The notes: generated from the sequence alone by a model not told the origin. DNA of 64,000 nt from Planctomycetota bacterium (GCA_038318565.1 JBBQCI010000006.1:6792-70791); one strand, 5' to 3'; positions 9,923 through 19,884 are shown, numbered from the stretch's first letter. A program made the numbers and translations.

Positions 9923-10951
9923 ATGCCAGCGACCGTCCCTCGACTGGCTCTGATCGGCTACGGCAATGCTGGACGTTGGATTCATGCGCCGTTGATCGCT
10001 GCCACACCAGGATTGCAGTTAGCTGGCGTATGCAGCCGGGACCCTGATCGTCGGGCCCAGGCGTCAGCGGACTGGTCATGCCGCAGTTGGCAGAATTACG
10101 AGAGCGTCCTGGCCGATCCCGACGTCGACGTGGTGGTGTTGGCGACCCCGACGGCAGCGCACGCAGAGCAGGCCTTGGCTGCATTGGAGTCCGGCAAGCA
10201 TGTCCTGGTAGATAAACCGGTATGTCTGGATGTGGCGACGTTGGACCGCCTGGCCGAGGCCGAACGTACCACCGGTCGCAGCCTGACGGTGTTCCACAAC
10301 CGGCGCTGGGACGGCGATTTTGCCACCATCAAACGGTTGCTGACTGCAGGGGTTCTTGGTCGTCCCTTGGTCATCGAGATGGCCTGGGGCGCTTATGGTC
10401 GCCCTCGTGGCTGGCGGGCGAATCGTGATGAAGGCGGCGGTCGGGTCTACGATCTTGGCACCCATATGATCGATCAACTCTGCCTGTTGATGCCCTCGGC
10501 TCCTCGCCAGGTGCATGCCCGCATGCACGCGCCACTGCCCGGCATGGAAGTGGAAAGTTTTGCCCACCTGGTGATCGGTTTCGCAGATGGCGCCACTGGC
10601 GTGGTCGAGACCGGATATATCGCCAGCCTGGACAAGCCACGGTTTCGGGTTGTCGGGCTGGAGAAGTCTTTCGAGAAGCGCGGATTGGATCCGCAGGAAC
10701 TGGCTCTGCGCGGCGGTGATGTTGAAGCCGCCCGCGAAGATCCCGACAGCTATGGATGGTTGTCCGACGGGACAACGCGAACCCGGGTCCCGACCGTACA
10801 CGGGCACTGGCGCGGACTGTACGAGGAGTTGCGCGAACATCTCAACGGGCATGGGCCGAATCCAGTCACCATCCAGTCGGTTCGGCCTACGGCGGCGATC
10901 ATCGCAGCTGCGTTCCGCAGTGTAGCGCGCAGCAGCGTCGAGTCCCTCTAA
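9923..10951 (+). CDS. Gfo/Idh/MocA family oxidoreductase
   Basis: N-terminal Rossmann motif LALIGYGNAGRWIH, EKP-like VLVDKP and an overall length typical of the family. I chose the ATG at 9923 over the longer ORF start. Confidence 0.85.
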   Translation: MPATVPRLALIGYGNAGRWIHAPLIAATPGLQLAGVCSRDPDRRAQASADWSCRSWQNYESVLADPDVDVVVLATPTAAHAEQALAALESGKHVLVDKPVCLDVATLDRLAEAERTTGRSLTVFHNRRWDGDFATIKRLLTAGVLGRPLVIEMAWGAYGRPRGWRANRDEGGGRVYDLGTHMIDQLCLLMPSAPRQVHARMHAPLPGMEVESFAHLVIGFADGATGVVETGYIASLDKPRFRVVGLEKSFEKRGLDPQELALRGGDVEAAREDPDSYGWLSDGTTRTRVPTVHGHWRGLYEELREHLNGHGPNPVTIQSVRPTAAIIAAAFRSVARSSVESL

Positions 10952-10958
10952 ACAAACA

Positions 10959-10990
10959 GGTCGAGGGCGGGTGAATCCCCGCCCTCGACC
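10959..10990. terminator. perfect 13-bp stem / 6-nt loop hairpin between convergent genes (bidirectional terminator candidate)
   Basis: GGTCGAGGGCGGG-tgaatc-CCCGCCCTCGACC. It is flanked by an A-rich run (aaacaaaca) that gives a U-rich tail for the minus-strand transcript. Confidence 0.6.
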
Positions 10991-11016
10991 GCTGAGTCAA
11001 GCTCGTGTAATCGGGT

Positions 11017-11973
11017 TCAGCGCGGACTGAGCTTGGTCAGGCGACCACCGTCGCGCAACCATTCGCCAACGTAGATGTTGCCCTTGCTGTCGCGGGTAAT
11101 GCCGTGTGGGCTGATGAATCGACCATCGAGGCGATCCTCCCGCGGCACGCTGGGATAGCCGGCCACGTGCTTGGGCCATTCGCCGGGGCGCATGTCGGGG
11201 TGGGCACCGAGGGTGGCGACAAGCGTGTAGTTCTTGTCCCACACCAGCACCGCGCCGAACAGGTCGGGAATGATGGTGACGTCGCCATGTACGCGCAGGG
11301 TGCACGGATAGCGCAGGCCGCGCGAGGTGATGGTCTGGCGGTGTTCACCGGTCAGCGACAGTACCTGGACGCGGACATTGGCGCGATCGGCCACCAGCAG
11401 GACAGGCTCGGCCCCGCGTGCGTCGATGCAGATGCCGTGAGGGCAATCGAACTGTCCAGGACCATTGCCCTTCCAGCCTATCGTCTGCAGGTAGCGGCCA
11501 TCAGCAGCGTAGCGGTGGATGAGCGAAGCGCCGTAGCCGTCGGTGACGTAGATGTCGCCGTTCGGGGCGATGGCGACGTCCGTGGGACGGTAACCGTTGC
11601 CATCGGGATAGGCGGCGTGGACTGGACGTTGCAGGGCCAGCAGTTCCGTGCCGTCCAGCGTGCACTTCACCACGGCCTGCAACTCGTAGTCGACGACAAA
11701 GAGGAATTCCAGTCCATCGCGCTTGTCATAGGCCAGGCCATGCGCGCCGCGGGCGAAGCGGTTACCCCAGCCGCGCACGTAGGTGCCCGAGGCATCGAAC
11801 TCCAGCACGGCGGGGTGCTTGTCGTCGCCGTTCTGCTGCAGTACCCAGACATGGTCGCGTTGATCGACGGCCATGCCGTGGCAATCTCCGAGCAGAAAGC
11901 CGGTTGGCAGTTTGAACCAGGCATGATCGAAAGCGTAAGCGGTGACGGGCTTGCTCGCGGGTTCAATCTTCAT
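11017..11973 (-). CDS. NHL-repeat six-bladed beta-propeller protein (peptidyl-alpha-hydroxyglycine lyase-like)
   Basis: Repeated NHL-like blades (PTDVAIAPNGDIYVTD, PHGICIDARG, PHGITRDSKGNIYVGE). I chose the start at MKIEPASKP (11973); the longer ORF runs into the divergent kdsA region. Confidence 0.75.
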   Translation of the reverse strand: MKIEPASKPVTAYAFDHAWFKLPTGFLLGDCHGMAVDQRDHVWVLQQNGDDKHPAVLEFDASGTYVRGWGNRFARGAHGLAYDKRDGLEFLFVVDYELQAVVKCTLDGTELLALQRPVHAAYPDGNGYRPTDVAIAPNGDIYVTDGYGASLIHRYAADGRYLQTIGWKGNGPGQFDCPHGICIDARGAEPVLLVADRANVRVQVLSLTGEHRQTITSRGLRYPCTLRVHGDVTIIPDLFGAVLVWDKNYTLVATLGAHPDMRPGEWPKHVAGYPSVPREDRLDGRFISPHGITRDSKGNIYVGEWLRDGGRLTKLSPR

Positions 11974-12103
11974 TGACGGATCTATAGAAGGTTGACAGAA
12001 CTGGTCACCAGGGGCCTTGCGAACCTTGGACAGGGCTGGCCGGCGGCTGACCGCCACTGTCCAGCCTGTGGCATTGCCAAGTCGCACGACATCATCCCGG
12101 CCC

Positions 12104-12949
12104 ATGAAGATCGCCCCTGTCGTCATCTCCAAGACCATCTCCATCGGTGGCCCGCTGCCGGTCATGATCATGGGGCCGTGCGTCATTGAGAGCGAACGCC
12201 ACTGCCTGAAGATGGCAGCGATCGTCAAGGTCGCTGCCGCCAAGGCTGGCCTGCCAGTGATCTTCAAGGCGAGCTTCGACAAGGCCAATCGTACCAGCCA
12301 TGCGTCCTTTCGTGGTCAGGGTCTGACCGATGGACTGGCCGTGCTGGCCCGGGTAAAACGAGAGTTCGGCATGCCGGTGACCACGGACGTGCACGAGCGC
12401 GAGCAGGTGGCAGCTCTCGCCGAGGTGGTGGATCTCATCCAGGTCCCCGCCTTCCTTTGCCGTCAGACCGACCTGGTTGAAGCCTGCGCCCGTTCAGGAG
12501 TGGCGACTTCGATCAAGAAGGGGCAATTCCTCGCTCCGCAGGACTGCGGCAACATCGTCAGCAAGTTCCGTCATGCCGGCGGTCGCGGGCCGATCCTGAT
12601 CGAGCGCGGTTCGTCGTTTGGCTACAACACCCTGGTGACTGATTTCCGCGCGCTGCCGATCATGCGCAGCCTGGGTGTGCCGGTGATCTTTGACGCCACC
12701 CACAGCGTGCAGATGCCTGGCGGCCAGGGCACGACCAGTGGCGGGGCGGGACACTTTGCGCCGATGCTGATGCGTGCCGCCATGGCGGTGGGTGTAGAGG
12801 GCATTTTCTTAGAAACCCACGACCGTCCGAAGCAGGCCATGTCGGATGGCCCCAACATGATTCCAGCCAAGCACCTGGGCAAGGTCCTGGGGGATATCGT
12901 GGCGCTCCATCAGCTGCTAGGCCGCCCCGCCCCGCCCCAACCGTTCTGA
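12104..12949 (+). CDS. kdsA: 3-deoxy-8-phosphooctulonate (KDO8P) synthase
   Basis: GPCVIESE, KASFDKANRTS, PVTTDVHE, QVPAFLCRQTDL, DATHSVQ.PGG: the full set of KdsA/DAHP-synthase-I family motifs. ATG at 12104. Confidence 0.9.
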   Translation: MKIAPVVISKTISIGGPLPVMIMGPCVIESERHCLKMAAIVKVAAAKAGLPVIFKASFDKANRTSHASFRGQGLTDGLAVLARVKREFGMPVTTDVHEREQVAALAEVVDLIQVPAFLCRQTDLVEACARSGVATSIKKGQFLAPQDCGNIVSKFRHAGGRGPILIERGSSFGYNTLVTDFRALPIMRSLGVPVIFDATHSVQMPGGQGTTSGGAGHFAPMLMRAAMAVGVEGIFLETHDRPKQAMSDGPNMIPAKHLGKVLGDIVALHQLLGRPAPPQPF

Positions 12950-12987
12950 TTGTCAGCGTCCGACCCTCGGCCGTCGTACCACTCGGT

Positions 12988-15108
12988 ATGAGGATCCTGG
13001 CTGCGCTTGTTTGTAGTGCCGTGTTGTTTGCCGGTGAAGCCGATCCGAAGGCTCAGGCCAAGGCGGTATGGACCGCAGCGGCCAAATCCGGCGACGTGTG
13101 GACCTGCCTCCAGGTCGAAGCGTGGGGCCGCAAGGTGAAGGCCGGTTTCCGACAAGGCTCCATTCTAGGCGAGTCCGTCATCATCGGGGATCCGTTGATG
13201 GCTGTGCCTGAAGCCGTGGAGTTTACCCACGATGGTGTCGATCGCGTCATTACCAGCAGTCATGGTTGGCTGCGGGTGTGGGCTCCTGACGGCCGACCAC
13301 TGCAGCCAGCGGTCAACATCGGATTGGCTGGCTGGCAGAAGGTGGTCGGATTTGGTGGTGCGGTCATCGCGGCAGTGGAGCGTCACCGGTCGGCAGCTAC
13401 GGGTGAAGCCATCATAGATGCGGGTTCCTTCCGGATCATTGATGGGTTCCGTCTGACCGGCATGCAGCTTGCTCTGTCAGCCCTGCAGTCCGTCAACGGT
13501 AGGCCGTCTGTAGCAGATGACGGTTCGGCGGTAGCGTGCGAGATTCATACGTCCGATGCGGTAACCGGTGCAACTACGCTGGCTGTTCATGTAGTGAATG
13601 CGGCGAAGGTCCAACGGGTGTTGCCGGGTGTACGCTTGGAAGGCGTCGGTCGGCAGGCCTCTTGGCTTTGTCTACGCGATACGACTGGGCGTTTCCTGTT
13701 GGCCGGCGAACGACGGACCGACTACTTGTCCAGTCCTTCCGGCAGTTCGTTCGCAGAGGGTCCGGGACTGGCAGCGTGCGTAGTCAAAAAGGTGTTGATG
13801 CTAGTCGGTTTGGATGGATCAATGAAACCTATAGCGGGTGGTCCGGCTATCGGTGGAGATCCCTTCATCGCCTCGGTTGGTGGATGGTTGGTGGTCGGCA
13901 GTGGGAATGGAGCAAAGATGATTTCACAGGGGGACCTGCTCGGAGAGAACGCCGGTGTCGAGGTGGATCAGCCTCCAACCATCGCCCTGTGGCGATGGTC
14001 CGACCTCGCCAAGGATCCAGCGGCCAAGCCACTGGCCATCGAACTTGGACGCTGTTCCATAGCCTCCGATAAATCGGCTGCAATCTGGGTCTGGGTAGGC
14101 AGTCAGGTCGACTGCCTGGATCTCTCGGGCAACATGCCGAAACGTGAACCACAGGCCACATCAACCAAGCCGATCGGCTGGGTATCTACAAACTTCGTCT
14201 GCATGCACATCCGTAACGACGATGGAAGTTCGGTCTTGTACGACCAGGAACGCCGCGAGGTGTGGTCCGGTGCCTGTACTAACATCGAGCTGACAAGACG
14301 GGATCTCGCCTTGGTGACACGGACCGAAGCCGCCGGTATGTCGTATGCCCTGGTGCGCCTGGCTCCGGATCCTGCCCTACGTCAGGAGATCCGTCTGGGC
14401 CTGCCGCCGCAGGAGCAACGTCTAGTCGTCTCGTACACCGCTCCAGACCAGGTCGTGGCTAGCGCCGACAGCAGCTGGTGGCGGCTGGTTGGATTCGATG
14501 GCAAAGTCCAGCAGACCGGCCGTGAAGCCGGTCCCAAGGCCGTCTCGCCACCAGACATCGAACCCTTGGGTTGGTACGACCCCCATGGCGCATTCTATAG
14601 TCTGCGTTGCCGATTGGTGGCCAAAGCGACCGGACCCGATGAGGACCGTGCGGGCCAGTTCGATCTGCGCGATGCGTGGCGTAGTGGACAGACCATCGTA
14701 CTCCTCGAGCGTCAGGGCCAGGTGCTGGTGTCGGGTCGCAAGCGAGGTGAATGGATCGACCTCGGCAATGTCCCAGAGGCTGACCGCATCGCGTTGGCGA
14801 GTGGCCAGTTGGCGCTCGTCCAAGGGCATGGCGAGGAAACCCGAGTGCTCGCGACCATCGATTCCGGTCCCAAGCTCAACATGAAGCCTGTGGCTGAAAA
14901 GCTGGCCGAACTCCCCCCAGGAGCCTGGCGCATTGATCGTCGCAACCAATTCTCCCCGCCCCGTGGCAAACAGGCGGAATGGGACACTGAACGTCTCGGC
15001 TGGCAGCCGATGCGGCTGCGCAGTCCGGAAGGCGGCAACATGCTAGTGGTCACGCGGTCCGTTGTGATCGACCTGACCCCCGAGGCGGCCAGGTTGGTCA
15101 GCAAATAG
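12988..15108 (+). CDS. large secreted hypothetical protein
   Basis: 706-aa ORF with signal peptide MRILAALVCSAVLFAGEA, good GC3 bias and no recognisable catalytic motif. Confidence 0.65.
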   Translation: MRILAALVCSAVLFAGEADPKAQAKAVWTAAAKSGDVWTCLQVEAWGRKVKAGFRQGSILGESVIIGDPLMAVPEAVEFTHDGVDRVITSSHGWLRVWAPDGRPLQPAVNIGLAGWQKVVGFGGAVIAAVERHRSAATGEAIIDAGSFRIIDGFRLTGMQLALSALQSVNGRPSVADDGSAVACEIHTSDAVTGATTLAVHVVNAAKVQRVLPGVRLEGVGRQASWLCLRDTTGRFLLAGERRTDYLSSPSGSSFAEGPGLAACVVKKVLMLVGLDGSMKPIAGGPAIGGDPFIASVGGWLVVGSGNGAKMISQGDLLGENAGVEVDQPPTIALWRWSDLAKDPAAKPLAIELGRCSIASDKSAAIWVWVGSQVDCLDLSGNMPKREPQATSTKPIGWVSTNFVCMHIRNDDGSSVLYDQERREVWSGACTNIELTRRDLALVTRTEAAGMSYALVRLAPDPALRQEIRLGLPPQEQRLVVSYTAPDQVVASADSSWWRLVGFDGKVQQTGREAGPKAVSPPDIEPLGWYDPHGAFYSLRCRLVAKATGPDEDRAGQFDLRDAWRSGQTIVLLERQGQVLVSGRKRGEWIDLGNVPEADRIALASGQLALVQGHGEETRVLATIDSGPKLNMKPVAEKLAELPPGAWRIDRRNQFSPPRGKQAEWDTERLGWQPMRLRSPEGGNMLVVTRSVVIDLTPEAARLVSK

Positions 15109-15109
15109 C

Positions 15110-15646
15110 ATGTCGGGACCGGTGCCTGCATCGCGCGGCACCAGACTGCCCGCATATGATCTGCCGGCCGACGCTGCGTACCAACTGCGGCCCATCGGCG
15201 TAGTCAGATCACCGTGGAAAATGCGCACAGAAGCCCCGCGCCAAGGGACGGTGGATCCGCAGGCCCAGGCCTGCATCGTGCTGCGTCCAGGTCTGCAGAA
15301 TACGCTGAAGGATCTGGCTGGCTTCGACCGGCTGTGGGTTCTTGCTTGGTTCCATTGGTCTCGTGGCTGGAATCAGCAGCTGGTGCCGCCGCGCGATACG
15401 GTGAAACGCGGCGTGTTCGCGACGCGCAGTCCCGATCGGCCAAATGCGCTTGGACTGAGCTGCGTTGCCATAGAGCGCGTACATGGCTGCCGGGTGTGGG
15501 TGCGTGGGCACGATCTGCTCGATGGCACGCCGGTGCTGGATCTCAAACCCTACATTTCCGACTACGACGCGTTCCCGGCTGCCGCCCGCGGTTGGTTGGA
15601 CGGCCTCACCGAGCCGGGTCCGGATCACCGCCTGCCGGACGGTTGA
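15110..15646 (+). CDS. trmO: tRNA (N6-threonylcarbamoyladenosine(37)-N6)-methyltransferase TrmO (TsaA/YaeB family)
   Basis: IGVVRSPW, EAPRQG, VFATRSPDRPNALGLS and LDGTPVLDLKPYI motifs of the TsaA-like family. Confidence 0.85.
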   Translation: MSGPVPASRGTRLPAYDLPADAAYQLRPIGVVRSPWKMRTEAPRQGTVDPQAQACIVLRPGLQNTLKDLAGFDRLWVLAWFHWSRGWNQQLVPPRDTVKRGVFATRSPDRPNALGLSCVAIERVHGCRVWVRGHDLLDGTPVLDLKPYISDYDAFPAAARGWLDGLTEPGPDHRLPDG

Positions 15647-17315
15647 GTTCGGCCGCGAGGGCGTCCAGAGCTGCGCCATTGACCGGATTGCGCCGGATGT
15701 GACCGAGGAGATCGGCGGCACGTGCTCGGGCTGCAGCAGCGGCGGCGACCAGCGACGGATCTGCGCTGCCACCAGCAATGCGTCTGCGCGCCAAGATCAA
15801 ACCACCGGCCTCGCCGGGATTGCGTCGGAGATGTGCCGCCAAAGCGGCATCTGACTCGGCAAGTCGACCAAGCCGCCCCAGGCAGCGGGCCCGTCGTTCA
15901 TCAAGGTTGTCGAGTGGGCCAAGCCGCGCGCGTAGCTGGTCCAGTTCGGCGATATCATCCACGGGGCGGCTAGTGAGGCGTGCTGTTGATCGGGTTTCGA
16001 TGCCGACCGGTCCGCCACCATCGGCGGCCAGTTCGCGGACAATCATGGTGGTCAAAGCCAGGGCGCAGACCGCTGGCAAAGCACGGATCCAGGGCGTCAC
16101 GACCATCGGGCGCTGGCTGCCCGCCACTGCCCACGAGAGTCCAGCCAGTACGGCGAGACAGAGCAGTCCGCCGGGCTGCGACAGGTGTGATTCGATCATC
16201 GACAGTACACCCGCGGTGCACCAGCCAGCAAGCAGAGCGGCTACCGCTGGTTCGTCACGTCGATGCCACAGCGGACGCAGGGTTGCCAGCAGGGCCCAGC
16301 CGAGCAGAGCAGCCAATACCAGACCGCCATCGCTGAGAATCTGCAGTGGCTCGCAATGGGCGTGGGCGGCATAGCTGGGAACGGTCAGCCACAAGGCCGC
16401 ATAGGAGGACTGTTCGGGGAGCGTAGCGATGATGGCTGCCGGCCCGTGTCCGATCAGCGCAGCCGCCCCGCTGAGCGATTCGAACGTACCACGCCAGATG
16501 TGTACACGTTGGGCCGAGCCAGCACCAAGACTCGAAGGGTCGGCCCAGCCGAATACCGGCACGAGCCAGGCGATCACCACGGCACTACCTCCGGCGATCA
16601 GCAATGGCCCATGCCAGGCGCGCGGAGCTTTCAGAACCAGCACGCTCGCCAGTGCGGCCAGCCCGCCGAACCACACTGCCCGGCAGGGATCCCCGCCCAG
16701 CCAGCCGCCAGCGAGAATGCCGGCGCATCCAGCGGTGGCGATCGCCCACAGCCACCAGCGCAAGCCACCGTCAGCGAGGAATCTGGACAGACCCAACGCG
16801 ACCAAGGGTAGCGCAGCCCCGACCGCGAAGTTGACGTTGCCGAAGGGCGCTTCGCGGTGGATGCGCAGGATCTCGCCGACTTCATGATATTGGGTCAGGG
16901 CGGTCATCGCCAGGATGCCGGTGCCTGCCAGTCCGGCAGCGGCGATCAGGCGACCGGCATCACCGTGAGCTGCCCATCGAGCGAGGGCAAGGGCGGTGGC
17001 ACAAGCAGCGGCGCGTTCGATCAGCCAGATCGTCCCGGGTTCGCGAACCGGGGCCCACAACAGGGCCACTGCCTGCCAGGCACAGGCCAGCAGCAGGGGA
17101 AACGCGGCGGCCGGCAGCGAGATGGTGCGCACGGCCCAGACCGCAGCGACACTGCCAGCGAGCAGCACGACATCCGCGGAACGGCCGATCTCGATGCCCG
17201 GATGCAAGCCAGCCGCCCACCAATACAGCCAGCAGCACGGGATCAGCAGTAGCGGCAGGCTAGCAATCCACAGGGCCGGACGACCGGGTAACCGGGCGAC
17301 CGGGCCGTCAATCAT
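15606..17315 (-). CDS. polytopic membrane protein, O-antigen ligase/Wzy-like, with C-terminal soluble helical region
   Basis: About 12 hydrophobic segments followed by an Ala/Arg/Leu-rich helical tail. The start ATG at 17315 overlaps the AAA+ stop (ATGA). The 768-aa extended ORF is rejected because it overlaps the AAA+ CDS. The family assignment is tentative. Confidence 0.6.
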   Translation of the reverse strand: MIDGPVARLPGRPALWIASLPLLLIPCCWLYWWAAGLHPGIEIGRSADVVLLAGSVAAVWAVRTISLPAAAFPLLLACAWQAVALLWAPVREPGTIWLIERAAACATALALARWAAHGDAGRLIAAAGLAGTGILAMTALTQYHEVGEILRIHREAPFGNVNFAVGAALPLVALGLSRFLADGGLRWWLWAIATAGCAGILAGGWLGGDPCRAVWFGGLAALASVLVLKAPRAWHGPLLIAGGSAVVIAWLVPVFGWADPSSLGAGSAQRVHIWRGTFESLSGAAALIGHGPAAIIATLPEQSSYAALWLTVPSYAAHAHCEPLQILSDGGLVLAALLGWALLATLRPLWHRRDEPAVAALLAGWCTAGVLSMIESHLSQPGGLLCLAVLAGLSWAVAGSQRPMVVTPWIRALPAVCALALTTMIVRELAADGGGPVGIETRSTARLTSRPVDDIAELDQLRARLGPLDNLDERRARCLGRLGRLAESDAALAAHLRRNPGEAGGLILARRRIAGGSADPSLVAAAAAARARAADLLGHIRRNPVNGAALDALAAELNRPAGGDPDPAR

Positions 17316-18994
17316 CTGAAGCTCTCCGGGACGAAAGCGGCGTCGCTCGCTTCGGCAATCGCGATGTCGATCTGGAATTGCATGGTCTGCTTGGGGACCG
17401 GCGGACGCCAGTCCTTTAGGCAGGATTCCACCGAGGTCAGCGCGTCGGTGTTTTCGACCCGGTGTACACGATAGGCTTTGACCGCGATAGCTTCGGCGGC
17501 GCCCGGCGTCAGCCAGATCGGGATGAGCATCCGCGTTGCCGCGGTCGGTGCGTCTGGCAGTTCGAGGCCGCGGCGTTTGCACAGTGAGCGGATCAGCGCC
17601 CAGCTCTCGTCGGCGTTGGCGGTCGGCAGCAGGGGGATCTTGACGTCGACGCGTCCTGGGCGTTTCAGATCGACTTCGATCAGATCGGGTCGGCTGCTGG
17701 CGAGGATCCACACCGTGCGGCCGCGGTTCTTCGTCTCGCTCATCTCCTGGGCGAGCATCGCGTAGACCCGCCCGCCGATGCCACCGTCGCTGCCGCCCGA
17801 TTCGCGCTTGCCCAGCGACTGGTCGGCCTCGTCGACGAAGACGTAACAGCGCCCGAGCGCGCGGACCAGGCGGAAGATCTTCTCCAGGTTGCCCTCGGTC
17901 GAGCCCACCCACTTGTCGCGGAAGTTCTTCAGCTTGACGACCGGCACGCCGGCTTCACCGGCCAGGCATTCAACTGTGTACGTTTTGCCGGTGCCGACCG
18001 GGCCGCAGATCAGGTACCCCATCGGCAGGGCCTGCAGATCGTCCTGGCGCCACAAGGCGAGGTCCTGGCGCAGCCACGCCTTCACGCGATCCATGCCGGC
18101 GAGATCATCGAGCGTCTTCTTCGATTCGATGAATTCGATAAGGCCGCCGCTGTCGGCCTCGATCAGGCGCTTTTTCACATCGCCCAAGTCGCGCTCGGTG
18201 ATCGGCTCCTGACGATGCTGGCGGGTGCGCACCAGACTGTCCACCGAAGCCAGAGTTGCGCCGGCTAGGGCGCGGGCTGGCCGGGCCAGATCGCTGCCGA
18301 ATGGGGCGAGGGCGAGCGGGCACTTGCGCACCAGTTCGCGCAGCGCCGCTTCGATCCCGGCGGCATCCGGAAGAGGCACCTGGACCACGCGCGCGCGGGG
18401 ATTGGTCGCGACCAGCACGTGCAGGTCAGCGAGCGCTTCGGTGACCAGGAAGGACGCTAGGCTGTGGCCGGAAAGCAGGCCATCGCTGGCCCAATCGCGC
18501 ATCAGCACGGCGACGGCGGCGATGTCTGCACTGCTCCAGCCTTGGGTCGCCGGGGCGACCAGCTGGGCGCCAGAGACGACGAAGGCGACTTGCGGACTCT
18601 TCTGTCCAAGCTGCGCCAGGTTGGCCGTGTAGCGGGCGTAATAGGTCAGCCATTCGATCGCCTGGCGCGGTTGCTTTGGCAGGGTCTGGTCCTGCTTCCA
18701 GTGCGGCCAGGCGGCGAAGGCGTCGCCGCCCTTGGCCACCCGCACGCCGTTGCCGACATCGTACGTCAGCACTACGTCGAAGCGGGCGAGCAGCGCCGAG
18801 GCGATATATTCGATCAGCGTGCCGCTTTCCGAGGAGGTCCCCTTGGGCACCGGGAATCGATCGGCGACATTGCCATGCAGGATGAACTGACTGCACGAGC
18901 CGCTCTCGTAGCCGAGCGCGATCTCCTCGGCCCAGGTCGGACGGGGCTGACGGGGCGAGGCGGCGGGCTGACGTGGAGCAATGGCATCGGTCAT
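17312..18994 (-). CDS. two-domain AAA+ ATPase (classic clade; degenerate N-terminal AAA-like domain plus active C-terminal AAA module; Ycf46-like architecture)
   Basis: Walker A GPVGTGKT, Walker B VFVDEAD and second region of homology SSRPDLIEVDLKRPGRVD. The N-terminal roughly 330 aa carry FILHGNVADRF where a P-loop would sit. Start chosen at MTDAIAP (18994), 22 nt downstream of the preceding stop. Confidence 0.85.
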   Translation of the reverse strand: MTDAIAPRQPAASPRQPRPTWAEEIALGYESGSCSQFILHGNVADRFPVPKGTSSESGTLIEYIASALLARFDVVLTYDVGNGVRVAKGGDAFAAWPHWKQDQTLPKQPRQAIEWLTYYARYTANLAQLGQKSPQVAFVVSGAQLVAPATQGWSSADIAAVAVLMRDWASDGLLSGHSLASFLVTEALADLHVLVATNPRARVVQVPLPDAAGIEAALRELVRKCPLALAPFGSDLARPARALAGATLASVDSLVRTRQHRQEPITERDLGDVKKRLIEADSGGLIEFIESKKTLDDLAGMDRVKAWLRQDLALWRQDDLQALPMGYLICGPVGTGKTYTVECLAGEAGVPVVKLKNFRDKWVGSTEGNLEKIFRLVRALGRCYVFVDEADQSLGKRESGGSDGGIGGRVYAMLAQEMSETKNRGRTVWILASSRPDLIEVDLKRPGRVDVKIPLLPTANADESWALIRSLCKRRGLELPDAPTAATRMLIPIWLTPGAAEAIAVKAYRVHRVENTDALTSVESCLKDWRPPVPKQTMQFQIDIAIAEASDAAFVPESFR

Positions 18995-19016
18995 GGAGCT
19001 GTCCGGGGTCCGGGAG

Positions 19017-19820
19017 TCACTGTGCCACCGGCTTGGCAGCCGGAGCGGAGCGTTCGAGGTCGGCGATGTCAGAGGCGGCGCTGCCGAAATCGAGCAGTCC
19101 CGAGGCCAGTTCGACATCGCTGGCGATGGTCAGCGGCTGCCCCTGGATGGCGACGTTCTCGCGCGCCAGTTCGATCTGCGCCTCGATACGGGCGCGATCG
19201 GCGGCGATTTCGGCGAGATTGCGTGCGCGTTCACCGCGGTTGGCGATACGGCGGGCAAGGATATCGCGAGTGGCGCGCTGGCTATCGCGCACATTCTCGT
19301 TAACCGCTGAGGCGATCTCGCGGTCGAGTACGGCGATGCGGGCGCGGATCGCGTCTTCGGATTCGTCCCATTCACCTGACTGTAGATTCGCCTCGGCGAC
19401 CAGCAGCTTGAGATAGGTCCAGCGCATGCGGGCCAAGGCGTCACGATTCGCCTCCAACGTGAAGGCTTCGGCGTGCGCCTGCTGCTGGAGTTCGAGCACC
19501 CGGGCGCACCCGCTGTCGAGCCGCTTGAGCGCGGCGCGCGCTGGCGGCGACAGCCGGTTGATCAGAGCGAGTTCACGTTCGATGCCATCGGCTGCCGGAG
19601 CGCTCGGTCGAGCGAGGGCATCCGTGACGTTGCGAAAACGTGCGTTGGAGACCAACAGCCACAGATAGCCGACCTCAAGACCAGCGCCGAGAAACCAGAA
19701 TCCGGGGTTGGCGAAGCCGAGGATGCAGAAGCCGGCGAACACCACGACATTGACCGGCACATTGCCAAGTCCCGGGATGGCAGGGCGGGCTAAAAAGGCG
19801 GCCTTGAGATAGCGCCACAT
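19017..19820 (-). CDS. membrane protein with two N-terminal TM helices and a long cytoplasmic coiled coil
   Basis: VNVVVFAGFCILGFANPGFWFLGAGLEVGYLWLLV, followed by about 190 aa of heptad-rich R/E/A/L sequence. It lies between the PspA and AAA+ genes. Confidence 0.65.
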   Translation of the reverse strand: MWRYLKAAFLARPAIPGLGNVPVNVVVFAGFCILGFANPGFWFLGAGLEVGYLWLLVSNARFRNVTDALARPSAPAADGIERELALINRLSPPARAALKRLDSGCARVLELQQQAHAEAFTLEANRDALARMRWTYLKLLVAEANLQSGEWDESEDAIRARIAVLDREIASAVNENVRDSQRATRDILARRIANRGERARNLAEIAADRARIEAQIELARENVAIQGQPLTIASDVELASGLLDFGSAASDIADLERSAPAAKPVAQ

Positions 19821-19884
19821 GCTTAGATTGCGCTGCCCGAGGGCTGTTGGTCAGCGGCGGGCGTGCAGCCGCCAGCCGACAGCC

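Noticed and set aside
17316-17912. N-terminal extension of the Wzy-like ORF to 768 aa (15606-17912).
   Set aside because: The extension overlaps the AAA+ ATPase CDS by about 600 nt and translates to Arg/Pro-rich low-complexity sequence. The ATG at 17315 gives a hydrophobic N-terminus and an ATGA coupling with the AAA+ stop.
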